Source: an uncultured Nitrospira sp. (GTDB taxonomy: Bacteria > Nitrospirota > Nitrospiria > Nitrospirales > Nitrospiraceae). Taken from it: 64,000 bases of DNA. Positions within the stretch are counted from its first letter, which is position 1. Each line of letters begins with the position of its first letter. The notes under the pieces are model-generated. The model was not told where the DNA came from. It was given only the letters and a program-made list of their open reading frames with translations, and made no database searches. Below, piece after piece: positions 37,778 to 46,184 of the stretch. The position numbers and the translations under genes are program-made. The stretch lies in contig CABVRV010000003.1 in assembly GCA_902500755.1 (NCBI GenBank), positions 9,471 to 73,470 on the forward strand. Reading direction: 5' to 3'.

Positions 37778-38158
37778 GTTCTTCACCGGGGTCGGAGAAA
37801 AATGTTTATCCGCATATTCCTGAACCATTTTGGCAATCCCTATCCCTCCAGAGTCTGCTGCTCGAACCCCGATTTCCTCATCATAAAATGAGTAAAAATA
37901 GGCTCCTTGCTTGTTTGCAATGGTTCCCTCGGGAACCGTTTCTCTCATAACCTTCAGTAAATATGAGATAAAATAGGCTTCGAATTGCCGTCCGGCGTGA
38001 ATCAACTGCTCGCGATTCTCACTAATATCATTTGATTTCAATGAGTTAAGTCGATGGCCGAAATGGCCGGCTCCGATATTCCAAGTCGGATCTGCATATA
38101 ATGGTGAAGATCCCCATTTAGAATCATCACCATGTGAAGTATTTACATTATTAATCAT
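37760..38158 (-). CDS. flgJ: Short FlgJ (rod-binding domain only)
   Basis: GRQFEAYFISYLLKVMRETVP..GGIGIAKMV; no muramidase domain. Confidence 0.85.
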   Translation of the reverse strand: MINNVNTSHGDDSKWGSSPLYADPTWNIGAGHFGHRLNSLKSNDISENREQLIHAGRQFEAYFISYLLKVMRETVPEGTIANKQGAYFYSFYDEEIGVRAADSGGIGIAKMVQEYADKHFSPTPVKNSSSDG

Positions 38159-38166
38159 ATTATTGC

Positions 38167-39318
38167 TTAAATTATCTCAAGATTAGCTTGAAGTGAACCG
38201 GCTGCCCGCAATGCCGAGAGAATTGCGACAAGATCACGAGGGGTCACACCAACCGCATTAAGCGCTCGCACGACCTCTCCCAACGTTACCGTTTCATCCA
38301 CAACGATCAGACGCGATTCCTGTTCTTTTATTTCTGTCTGAACATCCGGAGTGACGGTTGTTTGCCCGGCTGCGGAACCAATAAGCGGAGCTGATGGCTG
38401 AGATACGTTTAACGTATTCTTTACCGAGATCGTGAGATTGCCATGCGAAATCGCGCACGTCGAAATCCGCACGTGCTCACCCAGCACTACCGTTCCAGTC
38501 CGTTCATTGACGACGACCTTAGCTACAGCATCGACGGCGACATCAAGCCCCTCAATCGATGCGATGTACTCGACGACACGCCCCTGGAAGGTCTGCGGAA
38601 TCGTCGCTCTGACATATCCGGCGTTGACGGCGGACGCACTGCCTTTTCCGAACGTGCCTTCGATGGCTTCGGCCGTTCTGATGGCGGTTGTAAAATCAGG
38701 TTGCCGGAGGAGCACTGAAACCGTTTCCCACGAATCAATGTTGACGAGCAGCTCTTTTTCAATGATCGCTCCCCCAGGGACCACTCCGGCCGCTTGGTGA
38801 TTCTTGACCACCGTGGCTCCTCCTGCTCCTCCACTGCCTCCTAGAAACCCCCCGATGGAGACCGGCCCCTGCGCAACAGCAAAGACTTGTTGGTTGGCTG
38901 CTTTCAACGGTGTCAGTAAGAGCGTGCCTCCTTGTAGACTCTTGGCGTTCGCCATAGATGATACGACTGCGTCCAACGTCATACCAGGTTTTGAGAATGG
39001 AGGAAGCTTGGCCGTAACCATGACCGAGGCGATGTTCCTGGTCAGCAATTGAATGGGGTCAATCACAAGATTCACCCCCATTTTGTTCAGCATGGACATC
39101 ATGGCCTGAATCGTGAACTGGCCGCCGATGACACGGTCTCCAGTACTATCCAGACCCACCACCAGACCATAGCCCAGCAGCTGGTTTTCACGCACACCCT
39201 CAATGACGCCTATGTCCTTGATTCTCACTGCGTCGGCAGTCGGAGGAGAAAAGCAAATAGATCCCAGCACCGATACACCCAACAAAAAGAAAAGTCGTAC
39301 AATCATGAGGTATGACAC
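38167..39318 (-). CDS. flgI: P-ring protein FlgI
   Basis: VRIKDI, NQLLGYGLVVGL, AKSLQGGTLLLTPL, VVVNERTGTVV; the true start may be ATG 39306. Confidence 0.96.
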   Translation of the reverse strand: MSYLMIVRLFFLLGVSVLGSICFSPPTADAVRIKDIGVIEGVRENQLLGYGLVVGLDSTGDRVIGGQFTIQAMMSMLNKMGVNLVIDPIQLLTRNIASVMVTAKLPPFSKPGMTLDAVVSSMANAKSLQGGTLLLTPLKAANQQVFAVAQGPVSIGGFLGGSGGAGGATVVKNHQAAGVVPGGAIIEKELLVNIDSWETVSVLLRQPDFTTAIRTAEAIEGTFGKGSASAVNAGYVRATIPQTFQGRVVEYIASIEGLDVAVDAVAKVVVNERTGTVVLGEHVRISTCAISHGNLTISVKNTLNVSQPSAPLIGSAAGQTTVTPDVQTEIKEQESRLIVVDETVTLGEVVRALNAVGVTPRDLVAILSALRAAGSLQANLEII

Positions 39319-39591
39319 CTATCGTATCTGCGAACGTTTCGAGACTTGGGATTTCTGTTTTCGACCAAGGAAGACGCGCGCCAGCCATCCCTGCTCCGTC
39401 ACTGTGTCATTCGTGGAGTCGCGGTCAACATCACCCACCCGGTGCAATGGTGCATGGTTGACACCGGGAGGATTGCAATCGGCCCGTCGCACCACTCCGC
39501 TTTGTAACATCATCTGTAGAGTATGAAGATTAAGGGGACGTTTTTTTAACGTACTCCTCCGCACTGGCTGACGTTTCAATGGAGCCGGCAT
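39319..39591 (-). CDS. Possible small hypothetical protein (90 aa) between flgH and flgI
   Basis: AAGGA SD 6 nt before the ATG; fills the flgH-flgI gap; its stop abuts flgI. Confidence 0.45.
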   Translation of the reverse strand: MPAPLKRQPVRRSTLKKRPLNLHTLQMMLQSGVVRRADCNPPGVNHAPLHRVGDVDRDSTNDTVTEQGWLARVFLGRKQKSQVSKRSQIR

Positions 39592-39604
39592 ACAACATCC
39601 TTCA

Positions 39605-40426
39605 TCAAAATGGATAGATCCAATCAAGAATCCGAACAAACCATCCAGGCCGTTGAACATCATCGAGAACGCCGAGGCCGGAATATTCGATCTTGGCATC
39701 AGCGATGGCGGAGGACAGGACGGTATTCTTGGTATCGACATCCACTCGACGCACGATTCCGCCGATACTCATCAGCTGCTTTTCACTGTTTACGCTGACC
39801 TCTCGTCGCCCTTCAATGCGAAGATCCCCGTTCGGTAGCACCTCGGTCACGATCGCAGAGATGGTCCCGGTCAGAGTCCCGGCTCGGCTGGTGGCGCCTT
39901 TCCCACCGAATTTGCTGTTGGCGCTCGCGTCAATCCCCATTCCGCGTCGAGTTTCATCGCTGAATCGTATTCCGGGTATTCCGATATATCCCATCGCGCT
40001 ACCAACAAGACTGTTTTTAATCGTTGATTCGCGTTGCGCCTCTGTATCAGCCGATTTTGACCCCTTGTGATTTTCCACGATCTTGACGGTGAGAATGTCG
40101 CCGATCCGCATGGCACGGAGATCTTCATAGAGATAGGCTCGTCCGTTTTCTTCCTGCCAGAGTGAACCCACGGTCTTCGGTGGAGGCAGAGGAGTGACAG
40201 CGATCTTACTGGAGACATCCGGAGGACTCGCACATCCTTGAAGCAAGAGGACCACGGCTGCACAGAGATAACTCACAGATAATCCTCGGAAGAACCATAT
40301 TGCGTTGTGAAGGCTGCGCAAATCGTTGCCGTGAGTCCTCGCTCCTGGATACGTCACCCACATCTTGGGCCTGAAGATCTCCGGCAACATCCCGCTAGAA
40401 CTCCACCTGAACAAGGCTAGGACCAA
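39605..40426 (-). CDS. flgH: L-ring lipoprotein FlgH
   Basis: Lipobox LQGC; GDILTVKIVE, VLPNGDLRIEGRRE, SSAIADAKIEY; the true start is likely downstream. Confidence 0.93.
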   Translation of the reverse strand: MVLALFRWSSSGMLPEIFRPKMWVTYPGARTHGNDLRSLHNAIWFFRGLSVSYLCAAVVLLLQGCASPPDVSSKIAVTPLPPPKTVGSLWQEENGRAYLYEDLRAMRIGDILTVKIVENHKGSKSADTEAQRESTIKNSLVGSAMGYIGIPGIRFSDETRRGMGIDASANSKFGGKGATSRAGTLTGTISAIVTEVLPNGDLRIEGRREVSVNSEKQLMSIGGIVRRVDVDTKNTVLSSAIADAKIEYSGLGVLDDVQRPGWFVRILDWIYPF

Positions 40427-41183
40427 CCACCTTGGCCGTCAGTTCCCTGCCAGAATCTAAATTGGCAACCGTGATGGTCTGTCCGACCTGTCCGCTCGAT
40501 TTCGTAATGCCGTAGGTCCGAATCGAGAGACCTCCACGTTGCGCTTCGATGAGGACTCGATCGCCTTTCTTCACCGCCAAAGGGAGCCTGACGAATGCTT
40601 GGCGCAGCGGAACGTCTGGCGGAAGCGGTCGTGCTGCGCTCATTCCTATAACCTCGCTCTCCTGGGTAAGGAAGGGATGATTCACCTGATGCACCCGCAT
40701 CTGTACAGTCTTGATATCTCCGACATCGATCAGTTCGTCGGCCTTAAGAAATCGATTAGGAACGATGGCATCGATTATCGCCGTCACTTCTGCGACCACT
40801 TGGATGGTCTTTCTGGATTTGCCGCTTGTCGCAACCACCCGAAACATCCGCCGCCCTGGGCCATCTTCTGTAGAACTTGTAATGACGTGAAGCTCGATCG
40901 AGCCTCCAGGAATGGTAATAGCATCAGCAGGCTCTAAGATCGTCACATGTGCAGTCTTCACCTTCTGTCCCCACTCGCCCCTTAGATATTTCTCGATGGC
41001 CTTCCTCAATGATTCGGAAGTCACTTCACTAGTACTCGTGCCTTCCCTCCCGTCTGCAACTTTCCCCTGCATCGACGACCCACTTTTCACGGAAGTTGGA
41101 TGAGCGTCTGCGCTGGTTCCGCCCGTCGCCGTCGTCACAGCCAAGAAGGCTCCGATGATGAGGATAATCGAGATCCTAGACAC
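40395..41183 (-). CDS. flgA: P-ring assembly chaperone FlgA
   Basis: Signal peptide; SAF domain; VKKGDRV..GQVGQTITVANLDSGRELTAKV; GTG start behind AAGGAG. Confidence 0.9.
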   Translation of the reverse strand: MSRISIILIIGAFLAVTTATGGTSADAHPTSVKSGSSMQGKVADGREGTSTSEVTSESLRKAIEKYLRGEWGQKVKTAHVTILEPADAITIPGGSIELHVITSSTEDGPGRRMFRVVATSGKSRKTIQVVAEVTAIIDAIVPNRFLKADELIDVGDIKTVQMRVHQVNHPFLTQESEVIGMSAARPLPPDVPLRQAFVRLPLAVKKGDRVLIEAQRGGLSIRTYGITKSSGQVGQTITVANLDSGRELTAKVVGPSLVQVEF

Positions 41184-41193
41184 GGAGTACTCC

Positions 41194-41985
41194 TTATCGT
41201 CTGAGATTATTGGCAATGGCCATCATTTCATCGGAAGCCTGAATCGTCTTCGAATTGATCTCATAACTGCGCTGGGCAATGATCATATTGACCATTTCTT
41301 CAGCAAGATTGACGTTGGAACTTTCCAAAAATCCTTGCTGGATCGTGCCGAACCCAGTGGTAAAACCACCGGTTCCTTGTGTCGGCGGCCCGGATGCAAA
41401 ACTGTCGATAAAAAGGTTGTTCCCCATCGCGACTAAACCGGAAGGGTTGTCGAACCGTGTGAGCTGGATTTGTCCCACTTGGGAGGCTTGTGTGACTCCG
41501 GGAAGTAGGACCGAGACCGTCCCATCCTGACCAATATCCACCTTAAGCGCGCCTGAAGGAATGGTGATAACAGGGTTCAACAGGTCTCCGTCACCGGTCA
41601 CGACATTCCCCACATTGTCGCGCTTAAACGAACCATTTCGGGTGTACATGATCGTCCCGTCCGGACGGGACACTTGAAAGAACCCCGCGCCATCTATGGC
41701 AAGATCCAGTTCATTGTTTGTTTGCCGCATGTTCCCCTGAATCCATTCCTTAGCCACAGTCGTCGGGCGCACCCCGGCTCCGACCTGAATACCGACAGGA
41801 AACACCCCGACGTTGGACGCATTCGTGCCGGGAAGCCGTTGAATCTGATACAGCAGATCTGCGAATTCTGCGCGGCTTCTCTTAAAGGAATTGGTGTTGA
41901 CGTTCGCGAGGTTATGGGCAACCGTATCAACATTGATCTGTTGAGCCGTCATTCCAGTTGCCGCTGTCCACATGGCTCTGATCAT
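41194..41985 (-). CDS. flgG: Distal rod protein FlgG
   Basis: MIRAMWTAATGM, NNLAN-like HNLANVNT, LESSNVNLAEEMVNMI. Confidence 0.96.
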   Translation of the reverse strand: MIRAMWTAATGMTAQQINVDTVAHNLANVNTNSFKRSRAEFADLLYQIQRLPGTNASNVGVFPVGIQVGAGVRPTTVAKEWIQGNMRQTNNELDLAIDGAGFFQVSRPDGTIMYTRNGSFKRDNVGNVVTGDGDLLNPVITIPSGALKVDIGQDGTVSVLLPGVTQASQVGQIQLTRFDNPSGLVAMGNNLFIDSFASGPPTQGTGGFTTGFGTIQQGFLESSNVNLAEEMVNMIIAQRSYEINSKTIQASDEMMAIANNLRR

Positions 41986-42019
41986 GGCGTTCCTCCAGTG
42001 TCGCTTGTGCCGATTTCGG

Positions 42020-42050
42020 ACGCTTCACGTTTTACAAGATACGTTTCACG
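42020..42050. repeat. Single-arm heptamer array between flgF and flgG
   Basis: acgcttc|acgtttt|acaagat|acgtttc|acg. Confidence 0.6.
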
Positions 42051-42053
42051 GCA

Positions 42054-42824
42054 TTACACCACTCGACCGACATCTTGAATTGCGATCTCGGCCATTCGAT
42101 CAAGCGTCTGAATCAGTTTTTGCGTGGATTCATAGTTGCGCATGCCCTGGATCATCTTGACCATCTCGCCGATCGAGTTTACGTTTGACTCTTCGATATG
42201 TCCGACCTGAATCTGCGGATTCTTGCTCACAGTGCCTTTTTCTGAAAAAAACAGTCCATCCGACGACTTCTGCGGCATGTCATCATCAGGAAATTCCATG
42301 ACCTTGATGGTCGCGACAGATTTTCCGTCGACTTTGATGTCCCCCTGTTCAGAAATCTCCAGCTTCCCTGGAGGAATGGTGATTTTGCCTTTGGTCCCCA
42401 TCACGGGATGCCCCAATCCAGTTACCAGCCGATGTTCACGATCGAGTGATAACATGCCGTTCCTGGTGTAGCGGAGACCTTGGGGTGTCTCCACTTCAAA
42501 AAATCCACGACCCTGAATGGCGAGATCCAGTGGATTGCCGGTCAGTCGAACCCGCCCGGCTTCAAACGTCGTCTTGATCTGGTGAGGTGCCACAAACGCG
42601 CGTTCGGTCGGACCGAAGGGCCTGGCCATGATCTGTTGCGCCAATCCAACAGTTCGACCACTCGTCGGCATCACCGCGTGGTACTTCGGAAAGATCGCCT
42701 TAAAGGCCTGTTCGTCTTGTTTGAAACCGGCGGTATTCACATTCGCCATGTTATTGGCAAATACTTGCATCCGACGCTCATGCGCCAGAGCGCCGGACAA
42801 AATGGGATAGATGCCTCGATTCAT
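42054..42824 (-). CDS. flgF: Proximal rod protein FlgF
   Basis: ANNMANVNTAGFK, TGNPLDLAIQG, EESNVNSIGEMV. Confidence 0.93.
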   Translation of the reverse strand: MNRGIYPILSGALAHERRMQVFANNMANVNTAGFKQDEQAFKAIFPKYHAVMPTSGRTVGLAQQIMARPFGPTERAFVAPHQIKTTFEAGRVRLTGNPLDLAIQGRGFFEVETPQGLRYTRNGMLSLDREHRLVTGLGHPVMGTKGKITIPPGKLEISEQGDIKVDGKSVATIKVMEFPDDDMPQKSSDGLFFSEKGTVSKNPQIQVGHIEESNVNSIGEMVKMIQGMRNYESTQKLIQTLDRMAEIAIQDVGRVV

Positions 42825-42857
42825 GCTGTCGACTCCTTTTAATGTCGCACAACAAAC

Positions 42858-42873
42858 AGCAACCCTTATGCCA
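42858..42873 (-). promoter_or_regulatory. sigma54 promoter for flgF-flgG-flgA-flgH-flgI-flgJ
   Basis: Minus strand TGGCAT-AAGGG-TTGCT. Confidence 0.8.
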
Positions 42874-43168
42874 GTTTCACGAATGCGGGCCCCCTGAAGT
42901 CGCCAGCACTGTGAGTCTGAAAATGTGTCGGTTTACTCAGGAGATAGAGGCGGGAGATGACATCAGCTATTATCGGCAGGGAGTTTAGCCCTAGGCCATT
43001 CCTACCAGGTCTAGTGAAAAATATTCCTAGCGGGATGATTGCGCGCCATCGCTCATACTCCTCTCATGGTTATGGAAATGGGGTTGAGGAAGTACTGTGG
43101 GGGAATACCCATGAAAGAGGTCTTCACCCACACCACCACATTCCACGAGCTGTCCGGTTTCGGTTCGA

Positions 43169-43918
43169 TCAACTCGTCGCTTGCAAGTGCGCTTTGAGAC
43201 GAATGATAGCCTTCGTGTGGACTTGACAGACGCGTGATTCAGTCACCTTCATGAGCTCTCCGATTTCCTTCATGGTGAGCTCTTCATAGTAATAGAGTGT
43301 CAGCACCAGCCGTTCTTTTTCCGGCAGCAGCCGAATGGCCGTGGCGATCACTTCACGTTCGCGTTCGTTGACCAAGGACGAGAGTGGATCAGGAGTATGC
43401 GTGTCCGCCAGCATCTTGACCACTTTATGGCCGTCCGGCTCCTGTAGACTCAAATCGTCGACGCTGATCAGCACGGCGCCTCGGGCGCGGGTGATGAAAT
43501 CGTCCAGCTCCTCCATCGACATCTTCAACTCCGCCGCGACCTCCTCATCATGCGGAGGGCGACCCAGTCGGCTCATGAGTGTCACATGCGTTTTTTGGAG
43601 CAACCCGATGCGTTCGTGAACGGATCGCGGAATCCAATCCATCGAGCGAATTTCATCCAACATGGCGCCCCGAATGCGGAACTCGGCATAGGTCTTAAAT
43701 TTCGCCTCTCGAGTGGGATCGTACTTGTCCATGGCATCCATCAACCCAATGGTGCCGACTGAGATCAGATCCTCGGCATCCAAGTAGGCTGGGAGTCGAA
43801 AGGCCAGCCGATGAGCCATCGCGCGAATCACGTGAGCGAACTCTTTGATGAGTTCCTCGCGCCTGGCTCCCTGCGCAATGAAGGATTTACGCACATGCGA
43901 TACGGCAGTCTTTCTCAT
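43169..43918 (-). CDS. fliA: Flagellar sigma factor FliA (sigma28)
   Basis: FKTYAEFRIRGAMLDEIRSMDW, YYYEELTMKEIG..ESRVCQVH; start inferred at ATG 43918. Confidence 0.96.
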   Translation of the reverse strand: MRKTAVSHVRKSFIAQGARREELIKEFAHVIRAMAHRLAFRLPAYLDAEDLISVGTIGLMDAMDKYDPTREAKFKTYAEFRIRGAMLDEIRSMDWIPRSVHERIGLLQKTHVTLMSRLGRPPHDEEVAAELKMSMEELDDFITRARGAVLISVDDLSLQEPDGHKVVKMLADTHTPDPLSSLVNEREREVIATAIRLLPEKERLVLTLYYYEELTMKEIGELMKVTESRVCQVHTKAIIRLKAHLQATS

Positions 43919-43941
43919 GTTTGTTCCATTCGAGCTTGTGT

Positions 43942-44829
43942 TCAGCCACCGGCATGCGTGGCTGATCGTTGCCAAACGAGTTGCACAGAGCTTTTGGGGA
44001 GGCCGGGCTTCGGCCACTGAACCACCTGTTGCGCAAGCCGCTTGAATGCTTGCGCAGCCGGCGCGTCTGGAAACATGTCGGAAACTGCCTTTTGTTGCAT
44101 CACTGCCATATGAATGTAGTCGTCGTAAGGAATCGCTCCGACCAACTCGACGGATACATGAAGGAAACGATCGACCGCCACATCAAGCTTCCCAAACACT
44201 TCTGACGCTTCTCGGGGACTTTTAGCTTGATTCACGAGGACCTTGAACCGACGTTCTCGGTATTGGCGAGCCAAGACCTTGATCAAGGCATACGCGTCCG
44301 TGAGCGAGGTGGGTTCCGGGGAGATGATCACCATCGTCTCATCTGCCGACGAGGCAAAAAAGGTGACGTTCGGCGAGATCCCCGCACCAGTGTCGATCAG
44401 AAGCACGTCCATCTCTGCAGCGAGATCTGCCAGCTGTTCTTGAATCATCAACTGTTGCGATTCCGTCAATGACGTCAGGCGTGGGACACCTGAGCTGGCC
44501 GGCAGAACATGGATCCCTGCCGGACCTTTCAGCATGATCTCCGCTAGGGTATGGGTGCCGACCAACACGTCTTCGATGGTATGTCGTGGAACAAGTCCTA
44601 GGAGTACATCAAGATTGCCGAGACCAAGATCAGCATCGAGGAGAAGTACTCGTTTCCCTGCCTTCGAGAGCGACACCGCAAGATTCGCCACCACGTTAGT
44701 TTTTCCAACCCCACCTTTCCCGCTGGCGACAGCAATGACTTGAGTGGCCAACTCACCTCCTGCATCCACATCATCCGACACAAGGACGGCTTTTCTCATT
44801 CTGAGTTGCATAGCGTGACCTCCAACCAA
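43942..44829 (-). CDS. flhG: FlhG (FleN)
   Basis: ASGKGGVGKT, DADLGLGN, PEPTSLTDAYALIK; downstream of flhF. Confidence 0.93.
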   Translation of the reverse strand: MVGGHAMQLRMRKAVLVSDDVDAGGELATQVIAVASGKGGVGKTNVVANLAVSLSKAGKRVLLLDADLGLGNLDVLLGLVPRHTIEDVLVGTHTLAEIMLKGPAGIHVLPASSGVPRLTSLTESQQLMIQEQLADLAAEMDVLLIDTGAGISPNVTFFASSADETMVIISPEPTSLTDAYALIKVLARQYRERRFKVLVNQAKSPREASEVFGKLDVAVDRFLHVSVELVGAIPYDDYIHMAVMQQKAVSDMFPDAPAAQAFKRLAQQVVQWPKPGLPKSSVQLVWQRSATHAGG

Positions 44830-46176
44830 TTATCCGCGGTGAGTTCCAACTCCTGTCATGGCAGGAGTTGCGACCGATGTTCGACCCGACTGACGACTGA
44901 GTGGCTGAACACCAGTACCCCCTTCCGTAGTGAGGAGAGCAGCCAGATGTTCCGATGAGGCGACTTCGATATCCCCGGGCACTCGCCGCCCAACACTCCA
45001 ATAGGAAAGGGGAATACCGGCTTGGTGCGCGACTTCAAAGATCGTCCCCAACGATTCCGCCTCATCGAGTTTGGTAAAAAGCAGTCGCAATCGTGGGAGA
45101 TCGTCAAGGCGTCTGATGATGCGATGAGCTTCATGCGTTCCGGTAAAAGCCGAGAGGACCAGGTGTGTTGCGACCGTCCCTTCCGGTAGGAGACGGCACA
45201 ACTCTTTGGCCACCGTAAGATCGTCCGGTCCGATTCCGGGCATGTCGATGAGCACCAGATCGACTCGAGTATGACGGCGGAGCCCTTCAGATACCTGTCG
45301 AGCTGACAGCGCACACGCGAATGGCACTCCCACAATCCTGGCATACCGCCGCAACTGCGCCACAGCATTTTCGCGATGCGCATCAAAGCTGATCAGCGCG
45401 ACGGATTTCCCTTGCTCTTGACGATAATAGGCCGCCATCTTGGCCACAGCGGAAGTTTTTCCGCTTCCACTTGGTCCAAGGAGAATGCCGACCGTGGGAT
45501 GCGCTCGGTCATCAAGAAAAGAGCCGCTCGTTGCGACACGCCGTCCAATAGCTCGCTGTAGCGCATATTTAGCCGACTTCTCGTCGCACGTTCCCTCATG
45601 CTGGATAGTCGAGTGGGCCTCATTCACGAGTGCGGTAGCCGTTGCCGGATCGAGCCCACCTGCAATGAGGGTGCGGCGCAGAGTCATGAGGAAGGGTGAT
45701 ATGGCAGGACTCCCCGCCTGAGTGTTCTCGTGAGAGAGGTCCTGTATCAAACTACTCAGTTCGGTCATTGCACTGCGTAGGTGATGGAGCCCCTGTCGCT
45801 TTAGTTGAGGGCGTTTTAGTTTCGACGGAGCAGACGGTCGATCCACGGAGGGAGTAATAGCTTCGTGATTCAGCTGCAGCATGGTTTGCAGCGTTTGCTG
45901 AAACGTTTGCAAGGCCGCCGGCGAAGGAGGTTGAGCAGCGGGAAGAGGTATGGATCGATCGCTGTTTTGACGGCTGTCCTTCAGCTGGGGAGGCTGTTGG
46001 GCTTCGTGTTCAGCGGCCGCCATAATTTCCAACACCGGTCGATTAAATACACGCAGCAATCGTCCCCCTTCACGCACTTCTTTTGACGAGAGGATGATGG
46101 CGTCCGGCCCAAGCTCTTCTTTAATGGCTCGCATAGCATCCTGCATCGTCACGGCATGAAATATCTTCACCTTCAT
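44830..46176 (-). CDS. flhF: SRP-type GTPase FlhF
   Basis: MKVKIFHA..AMRAIKEELGPDA; GPSGSGKT, DMPG, TKLDE. Confidence 0.9.
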   Translation of the reverse strand: MKVKIFHAVTMQDAMRAIKEELGPDAIILSSKEVREGGRLLRVFNRPVLEIMAAAEHEAQQPPQLKDSRQNSDRSIPLPAAQPPSPAALQTFQQTLQTMLQLNHEAITPSVDRPSAPSKLKRPQLKRQGLHHLRSAMTELSSLIQDLSHENTQAGSPAISPFLMTLRRTLIAGGLDPATATALVNEAHSTIQHEGTCDEKSAKYALQRAIGRRVATSGSFLDDRAHPTVGILLGPSGSGKTSAVAKMAAYYRQEQGKSVALISFDAHRENAVAQLRRYARIVGVPFACALSARQVSEGLRRHTRVDLVLIDMPGIGPDDLTVAKELCRLLPEGTVATHLVLSAFTGTHEAHRIIRRLDDLPRLRLLFTKLDEAESLGTIFEVAHQAGIPLSYWSVGRRVPGDIEVASSEHLAALLTTEGGTGVQPLSRQSGRTSVATPAMTGVGTHRG

Positions 46177-46184
46177 GATTTACC

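Noticed and set aside
42970-42977. Perfect GCCGATAA upstream of flgF
   Set aside because: No -35 at the right spacing (GCCT/GGCC); a consensus sigma54 box lies closer to flgF
44830-46176. FlhF has DAHRENAVAQL in place of the usual DTYRIGAVEQL
   Set aside because: The P-loop, DxxG and TKLD motifs are intact; probably ordinary divergence and I cannot argue loss of function
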